Shown here piece by piece: positions 1-9,258 of a stretch of 64,000 nt of DNA. The first letter of the stretch is position 1, and every line of letters starts with the position of its first letter. The translations under genes were made by a program, and so were the position numbers. Under the pieces are notes generated by a model. That model worked only from the letters and a program-made list of their open reading frames with translations. It was not told the DNA's origin and searched no databases. The DNA is from an uncultured bacterium (GTDB lineage Bacteria > Auribacterota > Erginobacteria > Erginobacterales > Erginobacteraceae): NCBI GenBank assembly GCA_963822585.1, contig CAWGIE010000019.1:256001-320000 (forward strand), read 5' to 3'.

Positions 1-81
1 CGCTTAAGCGGCTTGTATACTCCCCCCAATGGCTGAACAGACTTTAATTTAATCTTCATTTTTGAAATTCCGAAGCAGTAA
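1..81. repeat. Dispersed ~80-bp repeat (cut by window edge); inverted copy at 11807-11888
   Basis: The reverse complement of 1-81 aligns almost base for base with 11807-11888 (TTACTGCTTCGGAA..TTTCAAAAATGAAGAT..AAAGTCTGTTCAGCC..GAGTATACAA..CTTAAGCG). Confidence 0.85.
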
Positions 82-408
82 ATGAGTGCAGGAGAAAAAG
101 ATACCATACCCCTCCCCCTGGATCAAAAAATATCTTTAAAGTTGACCATGCCTCCGGGATGTTTCACTTGACAGGCAAGAAAGAGTGTGATTAGTATCTA
201 ATATTAAAATTTGGCATTTCAACAAGTTGGCTTCGCAACGGGGAGAGAGCGATCGTGGCCCGATTATCGGGGCTGGAAGCCCTGTCCCTTCTTCGGGGTG
301 CGCCTCTGGCCCACAATACAGCTGTGTAAAGTGTCAGGATCTTTTTACACTTTCCACTTTAAATTTTACCCCACGTTGCGCCGCCGGCGCTAACTTTACG
401 GCACTCCC

Positions 409-2730
409 ATGACCACTGATAAAAATCGGGAGATTCTTGCCACCCAGGTCGGTCAGGTCTACCGGTATCAGCCGATCGGCTTCATCGCCAACATGGTTAA
501 CTCCGCGATCCTGGTCTTCATCCAGTGGAAGGCCGTCTCCCACCGGGTGCTCTTGATCTGGTTCGGGGCCATGATCGTGGTAACGGGTCTCCGATACCTC
601 TTCATTCTCAGATACAAGCACGCGGATGTCGCCCCCGCTCAATCACCCCGCTGGGAAGCCCTGTTTATAGGGGGCGTCTTGATCTCCGGTTCAATCTGGG
701 GCGTGGCCGGGATACTATTCTTTCCCCCCGGCGATCTCGCCCGCCAGATCTTCACCGCCTTTGTTCTGGGCGGTATGGTAGCCGGCGCGGTAGGGGTTTA
801 TTCCGCCCTGAAGAGAGCTTTCCTGGCCTTCACTCTTCCGGCCCTGATCCCGGTCGCCATCAGCTTCTTCTACATCGGAGATGCCGTTCACTTCACCATG
901 GGAGCGATGGTCATTCTTTTCGCGATCCTGATGTTCATGACCGCGGAACGCAATTATAAAATAAACGTGACTTCCCTGGAACTCACCTTGGAAAATAAAG
1001 ATCTCGTCACATACCTGACCGCCGCCAAAGAAGAAACGGACAGCCTGAATATGAAACTCCGGTCTGAGATCGCGGAGAGAAAAATGGTTTCCGAGGAACT
1101 GGAAAAACACCGGGGACGGCTGGAAGTCCTGGTTAAAGAACGGACGGACGATCTGCGAAGAGCGAATGAAGAACTGGAAGAAGCGGTGGTCGAGCTCAAG
1201 CAGACAACCGTGGCGCTCCGGGATTCGGAAGAAAAGTACCGCATGTTGGTCAATAATGCCAACGACGCCGTCTTTATCGCCCAGGACGGGGTAATCAAGT
1301 TCCCCAACCCCATGTTCAAGCAGGCCACGGGCTATTCCACCGAGGAAGCGAGCGCGATGCCTCTGGAGAACCTGATTCACCCAGATGATCGGGCACTGGT
1401 CGGGGAAAGGTATCTGAAGAGATTGAGGGGGGAGGACGTCCCCGGAATATACTCTTTCCGGATTATTACGAAAAGCGGGGAAGAAAGATCCGTCAGCATC
1501 AACGCCGTCCGCATTATCTGGGAAGGCCGCCCGGCGGCGCTCTACTTCGCCCGGGATATCACCGAGACGATAAAACTGGAGAAGAGACTCCAGACGGCCC
1601 AGAAGATGGAGGCGGTCGGTATCCTGGCCGGCGGGGTCGCCCATGACTTCAATAACCTCCTCATGAGCATCCAGGGAAATATCTCCCTCCTCCTTCACGA
1701 TCTCGATCCGGACCATCCCTCCCGTGAGATGCTGAGCGAGGTCGAGCAGAGCATCGAGAGCGGCGAACAGCTGACCAGGCAGCTGCTCGGATTCGCCCGG
1801 GGAGGGAAGTACGAGCTTTCGACCATCGACCTGAATGAAATCGTTTCCCGGACGGCGTCCCTCTTCGGGCGGACAAAAAAAGAGATCCGGATACACCAAA
1901 AGCTCCAGGAAGGACTCCGGGCGGCGGAAGCCGACCGGAGTCAGATCGAGCAGGTTCTTTTAAACCTGTACATCAATGCCGGGCAGGCGATGCCCGGCGG
2001 TGGAGAGCTGTACCTGGAAACGGAAAACGTTGATTTCCCGACCGCGGAGGCGAGCGTTCACGGGATCGAACCGGGACGGTACGTCAAAATATCCGTGACC
2101 GACACCGGAGCCGGTATTAAAAAAGAGCATCTGGAAAAAATATTCGATCCGTTTTTCACCACCCGGGAAAAGACGCGGGGGATCGGGCTCGGCCTTGCCT
2201 CCTCCTACGGCATCATCCAGAATCACCACGGGACCATCACCATCCGCAGCGAGATCGAGCATGGCACCACCTTCAACATCTATCTTCCTGTATCGGAGAA
2301 AAAAGCCCGGACGAAAAAACCGGCATCGGAAACCATATCCCCGGGATCGGGAACCGTTCTTCTGGTGGATGACGAAGAGCGCATCATCCGCCCGGTCATG
2401 CGATATCTGCAATACATCGGCTTTGAGGTGATACCAGCCGGCGGGGGCGAGGAGGCGCTCCGAATTTACCGGGAAAAAGGAGAGACGGTGGATATCGTTA
2501 TGCTGGATATGGTGATGCCGGGGCTGAGCGGCGGCAAAACCTACGATGTTCTGAGAGAGATCAACCCGGACGTGAAGGTCCTCCTCTGCAGCGGCTACAG
2601 CGCCGACGGGGAAGCCGCCCGGATACTGAAGAGCGGACGCCACGGCTTCATCCAGAAACCGTTCACCACTGAACAACTCTCCCGGAAACTGGAAGAAATC
2701 CTTCATCCTCCGGTTCCCATGGATGAATAG
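409..2730 (+). CDS. Membrane-bound hybrid sensor histidine kinase (TM sensor, coiled coil, PAS, HisKA, HATPase, REC)
   Basis: Hydrophobic N-terminus; H-box [13 protein letters not shown]-box [23 protein letters not shown] and GIGLGLA boxes; C-terminal receiver LLVDDE...LDMVMP...FIQKPF. Confidence 0.95.
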   Translation: MTTDKNREILATQVGQVYRYQPIGFIANMVNSAILVFIQWKAVSHRVLLIWFGAMIVVTGLRYLFILRYKHADVAPAQSPRWEALFIGGVLISGSIWGVAGILFFPPGDLARQIFTAFVLGGMVAGAVGVYSALKRAFLAFTLPALIPVAISFFYIGDAVHFTMGAMVILFAILMFMTAERNYKINVTSLELTLENKDLVTYLTAAKEETDSLNMKLRSEIAERKMVSEELEKHRGRLEVLVKERTDDLRRANEELEEAVVELKQTTVALRDSEEKYRMLVNNANDAVFIAQDGVIKFPNPMFKQATGYSTEEASAMPLENLIHPDDRALVGERYLKRLRGEDVPGIYSFRIITKSGEERSVSINAVRIIWEGRPAALYFARDITETIKLEKRLQTAQKMEAVGILAGGVAHDFNNLLMSIQGNISLLLHDLDPDHPSREMLSEVEQSIESGEQLTRQLLGFARGGKYELSTIDLNEIVSRTASLFGRTKKEIRIHQKLQEGLRAAEADRSQIEQVLLNLYINAGQAMPGGGELYLETENVDFPTAEASVHGIEPGRYVKISVTDTGAGIKKEHLEKIFDPFFTTREKTRGIGLGLASSYGIIQNHHGTITIRSEIEHGTTFNIYLPVSEKKARTKKPASETISPGSGTVLLVDDEERIIRPVMRYLQYIGFEVIPAGGGEEALRIYREKGETVDIVMLDMVMPGLSGGKTYDVLREINPDVKVLLCSGYSADGEAARILKSGRHGFIQKPFTTEQLSRKLEEILHPPVPMDE

Positions 2731-2769
2731 ACGGCAGTGTACAATCGCGGTCAGAAGGTAAAAAGGGGC

Positions 2770-3060
2770 TTAACCCGATTTATTCATAAATCGGGTTAGT
2801 TTTGAACCATGACCAAGCTTAAATGAACATCCATACGAAAAGATACTAATTTTATCAAATTCTCCGGCAATGAATTACAGCCAAAGGTCTGCTGCTACCG
2901 GCAGCGTTACCAGGAAGAATAACACGTTGTCCTTGCGGAGAAGAAAAAGCAGAGTGCTGTCGCCGTATAAACAAGATTACTATTCATAATATATTGAACG
3001 ACAATTAGTAACCTGGATTATTCATGAAAATTTTCAATTTTCATGAATAATCCAGGTTAA
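2770..3060. mobile_element. 291-bp MITE-like element, copy 1 (TTAA ends, terminal hairpins)
   Basis: Same length as, and highly similar to, 49725-50015; imperfect TIR TTAACCCGATTTATTCAT / ATGAATAATCCAGGTTAA. Confidence 0.8.
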
Positions 3061-3078
3061 GCAGTTATACTTGATCCC

Positions 3079-4257
3079 ATGTCCACTCATCCCGCATCCG
3101 GCCGAACGTATATCTACATCCATGACGAAGACTCCCTGAGCAAGTTCACCGGACGTCTGGCGGGCGCTCCCCGGGCGGCGGTTGACACGGAAGCCGACAG
3201 CCTCCATCACTACTACGAGAAGGTCTGCCTGATCCAGATCTCGATCTCCGGGGACACCTATATCGTCGATCCCCTGGCCGGGCTGAACCTGTCGGGCTTT
3301 CTCCGGGCACTGGCCGTCCGGCCGCTCATCCTGCACGACGCGGATTACGACCTGCGGATGCTCCGCTCTTCCTTCGACTTCCGGCCCCACGCCCCGATCT
3401 TCGACACCATGCTGGCTGCCCGGCTCCTCGGATATGAACGACTGGGCCTGGCCGCTCTCGCCGAGGAGATTTTGGGTGTTGTTCTGACCAAGGGCGGTCA
3501 GAAGTTCGACTGGTCCCGACGCCCCCTGCCCGGAGAAAAACTTCTTTATGCCGGCGACGATACCCGGTACCTGGAACCCCTGGCGGAGAGGCTGGAGGAA
3601 AACCTCCGTCAGCGCGGCCGCGAGGAATGGCACCGGGAAGCCTGCGCGGCGGTGGTCAGCAAAACCGGCCGGGATAAACCGGGCCCGGACCCCGATGAAG
3701 TCTGGCGGATCAAGGGCCTGTCAGATTTCAGCCGGGAACAGCTCTCCTTTGTCCGCGGCCTCTGGCACTGGCGGGAGAGAGAAGCCCGGCGGGCCGATCT
3801 TCCCCCGTTTAAAATCATGGGGAACGCCTTGCTGCTGGAAGTGGCTCTCTGGAGCAATACCCATCCCGGGCAGCCGGCGACGCGGGGACCGAAATTGCCG
3901 AGGAACTGCCGGGGAAAACGGCTGGATGCCCTGGAAAAAGTAATCGGAGAGGCGCGCGCCCTTTCTCCGGGAAGGCGCCCAGCCCTGAAGACACGGGGCC
4001 TCCGGCGGCCGCCGCTCTCGCAAGAGCAGGCCGCGCGCCTGGAGAAACTCCGGGGCGACGTGGTCCGGGCCGGGGGCGAGTTTGGTCTCTCGCCCTCTGT
4101 GCTCGCCCCCCGGAGCGCGCTGGAGTCCATCGTTCGGGGCAACGCGGTAACGGTCGAGGAGATGATGGAAAGCGGCCCCCTTCTCCGCTGGCAGGCCCGC
4201 CTGCTGGGAGAGGCAGTCCGGGGGGCAAGCGAAGCGGGTTCAGCTTTGAGCCCCTGA
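3079..4257 (+). CDS. rnd: Ribonuclease D (DEDDy exonuclease + HRDC)
   Basis: AVDTEADS, VCLIQI, HDADYDL, FDTMLAA, DWSRRPL and YAGDD motifs; HRDC WREREARRADLPPFKI. Confidence 0.9.
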   Translation: MSTHPASGRTYIYIHDEDSLSKFTGRLAGAPRAAVDTEADSLHHYYEKVCLIQISISGDTYIVDPLAGLNLSGFLRALAVRPLILHDADYDLRMLRSSFDFRPHAPIFDTMLAARLLGYERLGLAALAEEILGVVLTKGGQKFDWSRRPLPGEKLLYAGDDTRYLEPLAERLEENLRQRGREEWHREACAAVVSKTGRDKPGPDPDEVWRIKGLSDFSREQLSFVRGLWHWREREARRADLPPFKIMGNALLLEVALWSNTHPGQPATRGPKLPRNCRGKRLDALEKVIGEARALSPGRRPALKTRGLRRPPLSQEQAARLEKLRGDVVRAGGEFGLSPSVLAPRSALESIVRGNAVTVEEMMESGPLLRWQARLLGEAVRGASEAGSALSP

Positions 4258-5048
4258 ACCCTGAACCCTGAACCCTGGTCTCTGACCCCTGTTTCCGCCG
4301 GGTCCTGCCGGTAAAAGAGCTTGAGCTGCTCGTAAAGGTCAGGGTGTTTTTGCTGCAGTGGCCGGGGCTTTTCGAAAAAACATTCGGTGACCACGGCGAA
4401 GAACTCGGCCGGGGAGAGGGCCCCGTAGGGATCGATGTCGGTCCGGTGTCCCTTCCCGATCTCGCTCACCAGTTCCCGGTATTCTTCGCCCAGAACGCGC
4501 GCCCAGGCGGTGTATCGCGACCGATCGGGGAGAACCGGGGTCCCATCGGCATCGCCGTCTTCCTGGTCCAGCTGATGGGCGAACTCATGAAGAACCACGT
4601 TGTGGCCGTCGTTAAGGTCGGAGATACTTTTTTTTACATCGTCCCAGGAAAGAACTACCGCCCCCCGGGACCATGATTCGCCGGCCCGGGTCTCCGCGCC
4701 GTCCCGGATCAACCCTCCCGGGCTCCCCTTTTTCCCTTCCACCCGGTAGGCGTGGGGATAGACCAGGATCGAATCGAGCCGGGGGTAGTCGTCGTTCCGG
4801 CGATGGAGGAGGAGCAGGCAGGCCTGGGCCGCGATCGTGACCCGGATCTCGTCGGTCAGGGCGAGACCGCCGCAGCCTTCAAAGTGTTTTTCGTGGAGAA
4901 ATACCTGGATATCTTCCAGCAGTTCTTTCCGGTCGGTTTCCGGGAGAACGCGGAAGCAGGGGACGCTCCTCTCCACAATCGGGAGCCACTCCGGCGGGAA
5001 CAGCCGGCGGCGGATCTTCTCCCGTCGTCTTTTCTTCAGTCCGAACAT
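3609..5048 (-). CDS. mtfA: MtfA/M90 zinc peptidase; domain ends near 4300 but the ORF reads on antisense into rnd
   Basis: IAAQACLL, ILVYP, GESW, VVLSW, NVVLHEFAHQLD, YGALSPAEFFAVVTECFFE, FYRQDP; ATG at 5048. Confidence 0.85.
   Translation of the reverse strand: MFGLKKRRREKIRRRLFPPEWLPIVERSVPCFRVLPETDRKELLEDIQVFLHEKHFEGCGGLALTDEIRVTIAAQACLLLLHRRNDDYPRLDSILVYPHAYRVEGKKGSPGGLIRDGAETRAGESWSRGAVVLSWDDVKKSISDLNDGHNVVLHEFAHQLDQEDGDADGTPVLPDRSRYTAWARVLGEEYRELVSEIGKGHRTDIDPYGALSPAEFFAVVTECFFEKPRPLQQKHPDLYEQLKLFYRQDPAETGVRDQGSGFRVQGLKAEPASLAPRTASPSRRACQRRRGPLSIISSTVTALPRTMDSSALRGASTEGERPNSPPARTTSPRSFSRRAACSCESGGRRRPRVFRAGRLPGERARASPITFSRASSRFPRQFLGNFGPRVAGCPGWVLLQRATSSSKAFPMILNGGRSARRASLSRQCQRPRTKESCSRLKSDRPLIRQTSSGSGPGLSRPVLLTTAAQASRCHSSRPR
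4252..4293. repeat. Heptamer tandem repeat (CCCTGAA x3 plus 3 degenerate units)
   Basis: Read directly; contains the rnd stop codon. Confidence 0.85.
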
Positions 5049-5129
5049 GGAGCAAACCGCACCTTGATTGAGGGGTATATCTTGCACGTGCGGCATCAAC
5101 GGTATTCCACGATCAATGAATTCCGTGTG

Positions 5130-5193
5130 AAGCTCGTAGTCAGGGCTTTAGCCCTGCCTCAGCCGGCAGGGCAAAGCCCTGCACTACGAGCTT
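5130..5193. repeat. REP-like doublet
   Basis: AAGCTCGTAGT-CAGGGCTTTAGCCCTG ... CAGGGCAAAGCCCTG-CACTACGAGCTT inverted pair with a GTAG foot. Confidence 0.7.
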
Positions 5194-5346
5194 GCCCTGC
5201 CGAAGGAGAGGCTAACTCCGATTAAAACCACAAAGAACACGAAGATGATGCTGAGGAAAAACTATCCCTCTGCCTTACATTTTCTTGGTTGTTCGCAAGT
5301 CTTACTCGAAGAATTTTCGGCATGTCCTACCGTGGTTCATAATTGA

Positions 5347-5586
5347 TCAGTAGAGCCCGCGGAGGATCCCCTTGGCTTTTTCCAGGCGGGCCCGGTCTTC
5401 TCCCGCCAGGTTGGCCCCGGCCCGGTTGATATAGAAGTCCAGCCGGTCCATCGCCTGAGGCAGGCTGTCCGATGCCTTCTTCAGCCCCCGGGCGATCTCT
5501 CCGGCCGGCTTCTCGAAGAACCCCTCCGGGGGATGCCACTTCGTCTCCACCTTTTTCGACCACAGATCCTTTTTCTTCCCGCTCAT
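5347..5586 (-). CDS. DUF3175-family small protein
   Basis: WSKKV...IARGLK...AMDRLDFYINRAGANL...LEKAK pattern; SD AAGGAGG. Confidence 0.75.
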   Translation of the reverse strand: MSGKKKDLWSKKVETKWHPPEGFFEKPAGEIARGLKKASDSLPQAMDRLDFYINRAGANLAGEDRARLEKAKGILRGLY

Positions 5587-6070
5587 GCTGCCCTCCTTTA
5601 TAATTCGCGCTCGCTGCGCGTTTTCTGCCACCAAGACACAAAGGCACCAAGTAAATAATCAGGATACAATCTTATCCCTTTTCCCAGCTTATTGGTACTT
5701 TTTTATCCCAAATTTATTTATCAAATTATTGATAATAGCCCCGGCCAGCAGCGGGGTGATGGCGGTCCCCCTATTGAAGGCGCTGCTGCGCAGCCGGATA
5801 ACCAACCCCCCTTTCTCGAGCACAGCTCCAATGTCGAAGCCGACCGGGAAGGCAACCGTCGACCCGGCCAGAAAGAGGGCGGAGAGGCTCCCGCACCCGG
5901 GGAAAAGAGGAGCTCGACCGCAATGATCAGCATCTTTTTTCGCTGCATCTCAGACCCCTCAGGATTACTGACGGGTGCCGCGCATCCTCCCATCAACTCG
6001 CGGTAATTGTATCATTGTCAAGGGGAGATGGGTAAGTATAAATGGCAAGTCGTGAGCAAGTCCGCGGTTA

Positions 6071-6952
6071 TCAGGCTCTCTCAAGCCACACATATCGGCT
6101 CAGTTTGGTGCGAAGCATTTCTTCCAGGTTTGGCCGGTCTTTCCGATAAAGAGAGATCAGCCGTTTGCCCTCCTGCTGGTAGAGTTTAAGCTTTTTCATC
6201 ATCCCGATCCTGTAGTCGATCGTATCCATTCCCCAGTACTCAATATAAACGTCGAACTCGGGAAGATAAAAATCCGGCCGGACCGCGTACCCTTCGATGA
6301 TCCGCATGCGCTCGTCATAGCGGTAGGCAACGCCGTGCCTGCCGAGATACTCTGCGATCCTGCGCTCACCGTCGGACTGCACGAAGGAGCCATTCCGTGT
6401 TCTGATAGTCTTGTTCAGTTCAACCCGGGTGTCGAAGTTGCGGCGCTCAAGATAAACCTCATCAAAGCATTTGTCGCAGAAGACGCGCTGGAAGGCACGT
6501 TGGCTCCGGGCGTATTCATCCGTGTCCACCCGGGCACCGCAGCGCCGACAGTGGTGCCGGGCCTGCTCTGCCGCAATCCGGATCGCTTCCCGGATGATCT
6601 TTCCAGCAGTGCGCACGCTTCGCTTCACATAATCTTTCTCTGTCGGATTACGATAAAGATCACGCAGATCACTCAGAGCTGCCCGGGCGTGGACTCCAAA
6701 CGCCCCCAGCGCCTTAGAGGCATACTGGCGGACCTGCGGGTGCTTATCTCCAAGCAGGGGTCGCAAAGTAGATATGGCTGGTTCCGGGGGAACGATACCC
6801 GCCAGTTTCCCCAACGCCGAGGCCGCCAGTCGACGAACCAGTGCCGAGTTCGAGCCGGTCAACGTCGCCAGTTCATCAAACGCGTCGGCATTTGCGCTCC
6901 TGCCCAGAGAAGTAGCCCGCGAGGCCAGGCTTTTTTCATTTGCGCGATCCAT
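6071..6952 (-). CDS. HEAT-repeat + Zn-ribbon + PD-(D/E)XK-like nuclease domain protein
   Basis: VRRLAASALGKL and VRQYASKALG repeats; CRRC...CDKC; SDGERRIAEYL...PDFYLPEFDVYIEYWG. Confidence 0.75.
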   Translation of the reverse strand: MDRANEKSLASRATSLGRSANADAFDELATLTGSNSALVRRLAASALGKLAGIVPPEPAISTLRPLLGDKHPQVRQYASKALGAFGVHARAALSDLRDLYRNPTEKDYVKRSVRTAGKIIREAIRIAAEQARHHCRRCGARVDTDEYARSQRAFQRVFCDKCFDEVYLERRNFDTRVELNKTIRTRNGSFVQSDGERRIAEYLGRHGVAYRYDERMRIIEGYAVRPDFYLPEFDVYIEYWGMDTIDYRIGMMKKLKLYQQEGKRLISLYRKDRPNLEEMLRTKLSRYVWLERA

Positions 6953-7280
6953 CTTTCTATCCCGATAGTATGACTTGTTCCGTGTCCTGAGGACGCTCCA
7001 CGGCGTCATTCGGCGATGGTGCGGCCAGAGGAAGTCGGAACGACGCCCCGGAGGCCGCGCGGCCGGAACGGCCGGCTATCCAGGATCAAAGTTTTCAGCA
7101 AGATTTTTTTATTAACGGCAACTAACAGTCGTAGATACGGGTTATTTTATTCCCGTTTATTATAATAATAGTGATTTTTTGCAACCCGGGGCATATTCTT
7201 CGTGACCGGAGTCTACCCCCGAAGAATTCGGGGTGACCTTCGTGGTGAATAATAGCCGCCGGAAAGGCAGGTCCCTCGCT

Positions 7281-8567
7281 GTGACGAACGGGAACAAAAA
7301 AGCGATCTTCGGCTGGGCGCTCTATGACTGGGCCAACTCGGCCTTCGCCACCACGGTGATGGCCGGGTTCTTCCCCCTCTTCTTCAAGGGCTACTGGTCC
7401 GCCGGAAGCGACTCCTCGGTCAGTACCGCCCGGCTGGGGCTGGCCAACTCGATCGCCGGGATCGTCCTCGCCCTCCTCGCCCCTCTTCTGGGCGCGATCG
7501 CCGATCGGGGAGCGGCAAAGAAACGCTTCCTCCTCTGTTTCTCCTACCTGGGAGTGGTGATGACCGTCTCCCTCTGCCTGGTCGCCCGGGGAAACTGGCC
7601 CCTGGGCGCTTTTCTCTATATTCTCTCCGTGATCGGGTTCTCGGGGAGCAATGTCTTCTATGACGCCCTCCTTCCCATCGTCGCCGGCCGAGAAAAGCTG
7701 GATACCGTCTCCGCCCTTGGATACGCCCTCGGCTACCTGGGAGGCGGCCTCCTCTTTGCCTTTAATGTCTGGATGATTCTGCGGCCGCCCCTCTTCGGCT
7801 TCTCCGGTCCCGAAGCGGCGGTTCGGTTCTCGTTCCTGACCGTGGGAATCTGGTGGGCGGTCTTCACCCTCCCCCTCCTCTTCTTCGTGAAGGAGCCCCG
7901 GACGAGGGACCGGGCGACCGGCTGGGCGGCGGTCCGGGCGGGACTGGGGCAGCTCGTCCACACTCTCCGGGAGATCCGGCGGCTGAAGACGGTATTTCTC
8001 TTTCTAACCGCCTACTGGCTCTATATCGATGGGGTGGACACGATCGTGCGGATGGCGGTCGACTACGGACTATCACTCGGTTTCGATCAGGAGAAGCTGA
8101 TCCTGGCCCTGCTGCTCACCCAGTTCGTCGGCTTCCCGGCCGCGCTCGCTTTCGGCTGGCTGGGGAAACGGATTGGCCCCCGAAGAGGGATTCTGATCGC
8201 CCTTGCCGGGTATCTCCTGATCACTCTCTGGGGAACCTTGCTTCGCAATACCTTCGAGTTCTTTATACTGGCCGGTGCCGTCGGTCTGGTCCAGGGGGGA
8301 ATCCAGGCGCTGAGCCGTTCCTACTACGCCCGTCTGATCCCGCCCGATAAAACCGGTGAGTTTTTCGGGTTCTATAACCTGGTGGGTAAGTTCGCGGTGG
8401 TGCTTGGCCCGGTCACCGTGGGGGCGGTCGCTCTTTGCGCCCGTTCACTGGGCGCGGGCGGCGGCGGTGCCGCCCGGATCGGCATCGCTTCTATCGCCTT
8501 CTTCTTCCTGGCCGGGGGAGCGCTCTTTCTGGCGATTACACCGGAAGGAAGAAGAAGTCAACGGTAA
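7281..8567 (+). CDS. MFS transporter (UMF1/YxiO-like)
   Basis: WALYDWANSAF, GAIAD, NVFYDALLP, QALSRS, EFFGFY; about 12 TM; start codon uncertain (GTG 7281). Confidence 0.9.
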   Translation: MTNGNKKAIFGWALYDWANSAFATTVMAGFFPLFFKGYWSAGSDSSVSTARLGLANSIAGIVLALLAPLLGAIADRGAAKKRFLLCFSYLGVVMTVSLCLVARGNWPLGAFLYILSVIGFSGSNVFYDALLPIVAGREKLDTVSALGYALGYLGGGLLFAFNVWMILRPPLFGFSGPEAAVRFSFLTVGIWWAVFTLPLLFFVKEPRTRDRATGWAAVRAGLGQLVHTLREIRRLKTVFLFLTAYWLYIDGVDTIVRMAVDYGLSLGFDQEKLILALLLTQFVGFPAALAFGWLGKRIGPRRGILIALAGYLLITLWGTLLRNTFEFFILAGAVGLVQGGIQALSRSYYARLIPPDKTGEFFGFYNLVGKFAVVLGPVTVGAVALCARSLGAGGGGAARIGIASIAFFFLAGGALFLAITPEGRRSQR

Positions 8568-8636
8568 AAACGATGTACGTTTCTTGGGCGTGGTCCTTTG
8601 CCGACAGCCGGAGGAGGGTCGGGACGGATTCCGGAT

Positions 8637-9213
8637 TTACACCTGCCGGTGTCTTTTGCCGCGGGGAAATGTACGGTGGTGAAGGAGGATGGACCCGACC
8701 GCCCCGGCCACCACCAGGACAATGCCGGCCACCGTTACCAGGTCGGGGACCAATCCCCAGAAGACCAGTCGATCAGGCTCTCGAAGAAGACGATGACCGG
8801 CGTCGGGAGACCGGTATGTGATACCCCCTTGATTAGGAGCCTGTCCGAGTAATGGCTCTCGACGCGTTTCGAGCGCCGGGCAGCTGGATGCAAGGCGCGG
8901 CGACACAGGCGATGCTGAATGCATCGTCGAGGAGCCGTAACGCAGCGGACGGCTGCCCGCCGCCGAAACCCTTTGGGCAACCGCCACTTACGGCGCGACT
9001 CTGCGTTGCTGCGGCCTCGTAGTACCGCAGAGGGTACGACTTCGGCCTCGCGCCTTGATTCGCTTGCAAGTGGCGGGCTGCGCGTCAGAGATCATTACTC
9101 GGACAGGCTCCTGGGGCCAGAGCGCTGCCGACGGCGACGAAGAAAAAGGCCGTGATCATGCAGGCCACGCCAAGGGCAACATGCTGGCCGACTGTGGGTT
9201 TGTCTCTCTTCAT
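8637..9213 (-). pseudogene. DMT/EamA-like transporter remnant interrupted by a MITE
   Basis: N-terminal piece MKRDKPTVGQHVALGVACMITAFFFVAVGSAL, then the insertion, then a frameshifted C-terminal piece LIDW../VPDLVTVAGIVLVVAGAV. Confidence 0.55.
8835..9112. mobile_element. 278-bp MITE with 20-bp perfect TIR
   Basis: AGGAGCCTGTCCGAGTAATG (8835-8854) / CATTACTCGGACAGGCTCCT (9093-9112); internal inverted sub-repeats; no credible gene. Confidence 0.8.
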
Positions 9214-9258
9214 GGCCGCTTCCCCCGGTCATCTTCCTGTTTCCACGACGGGCGGTTT

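Noticed and set aside
168..408. Possible riboswitch in the kinase leader
   Set aside because: A TTGACA and some hairpins are present, but I recognise no aptamer consensus and there is no second copy
5721..5996. 91-aa ORF as a real gene
   Set aside because: It looks like a frameshifted membrane-protein remnant and is too weak to name
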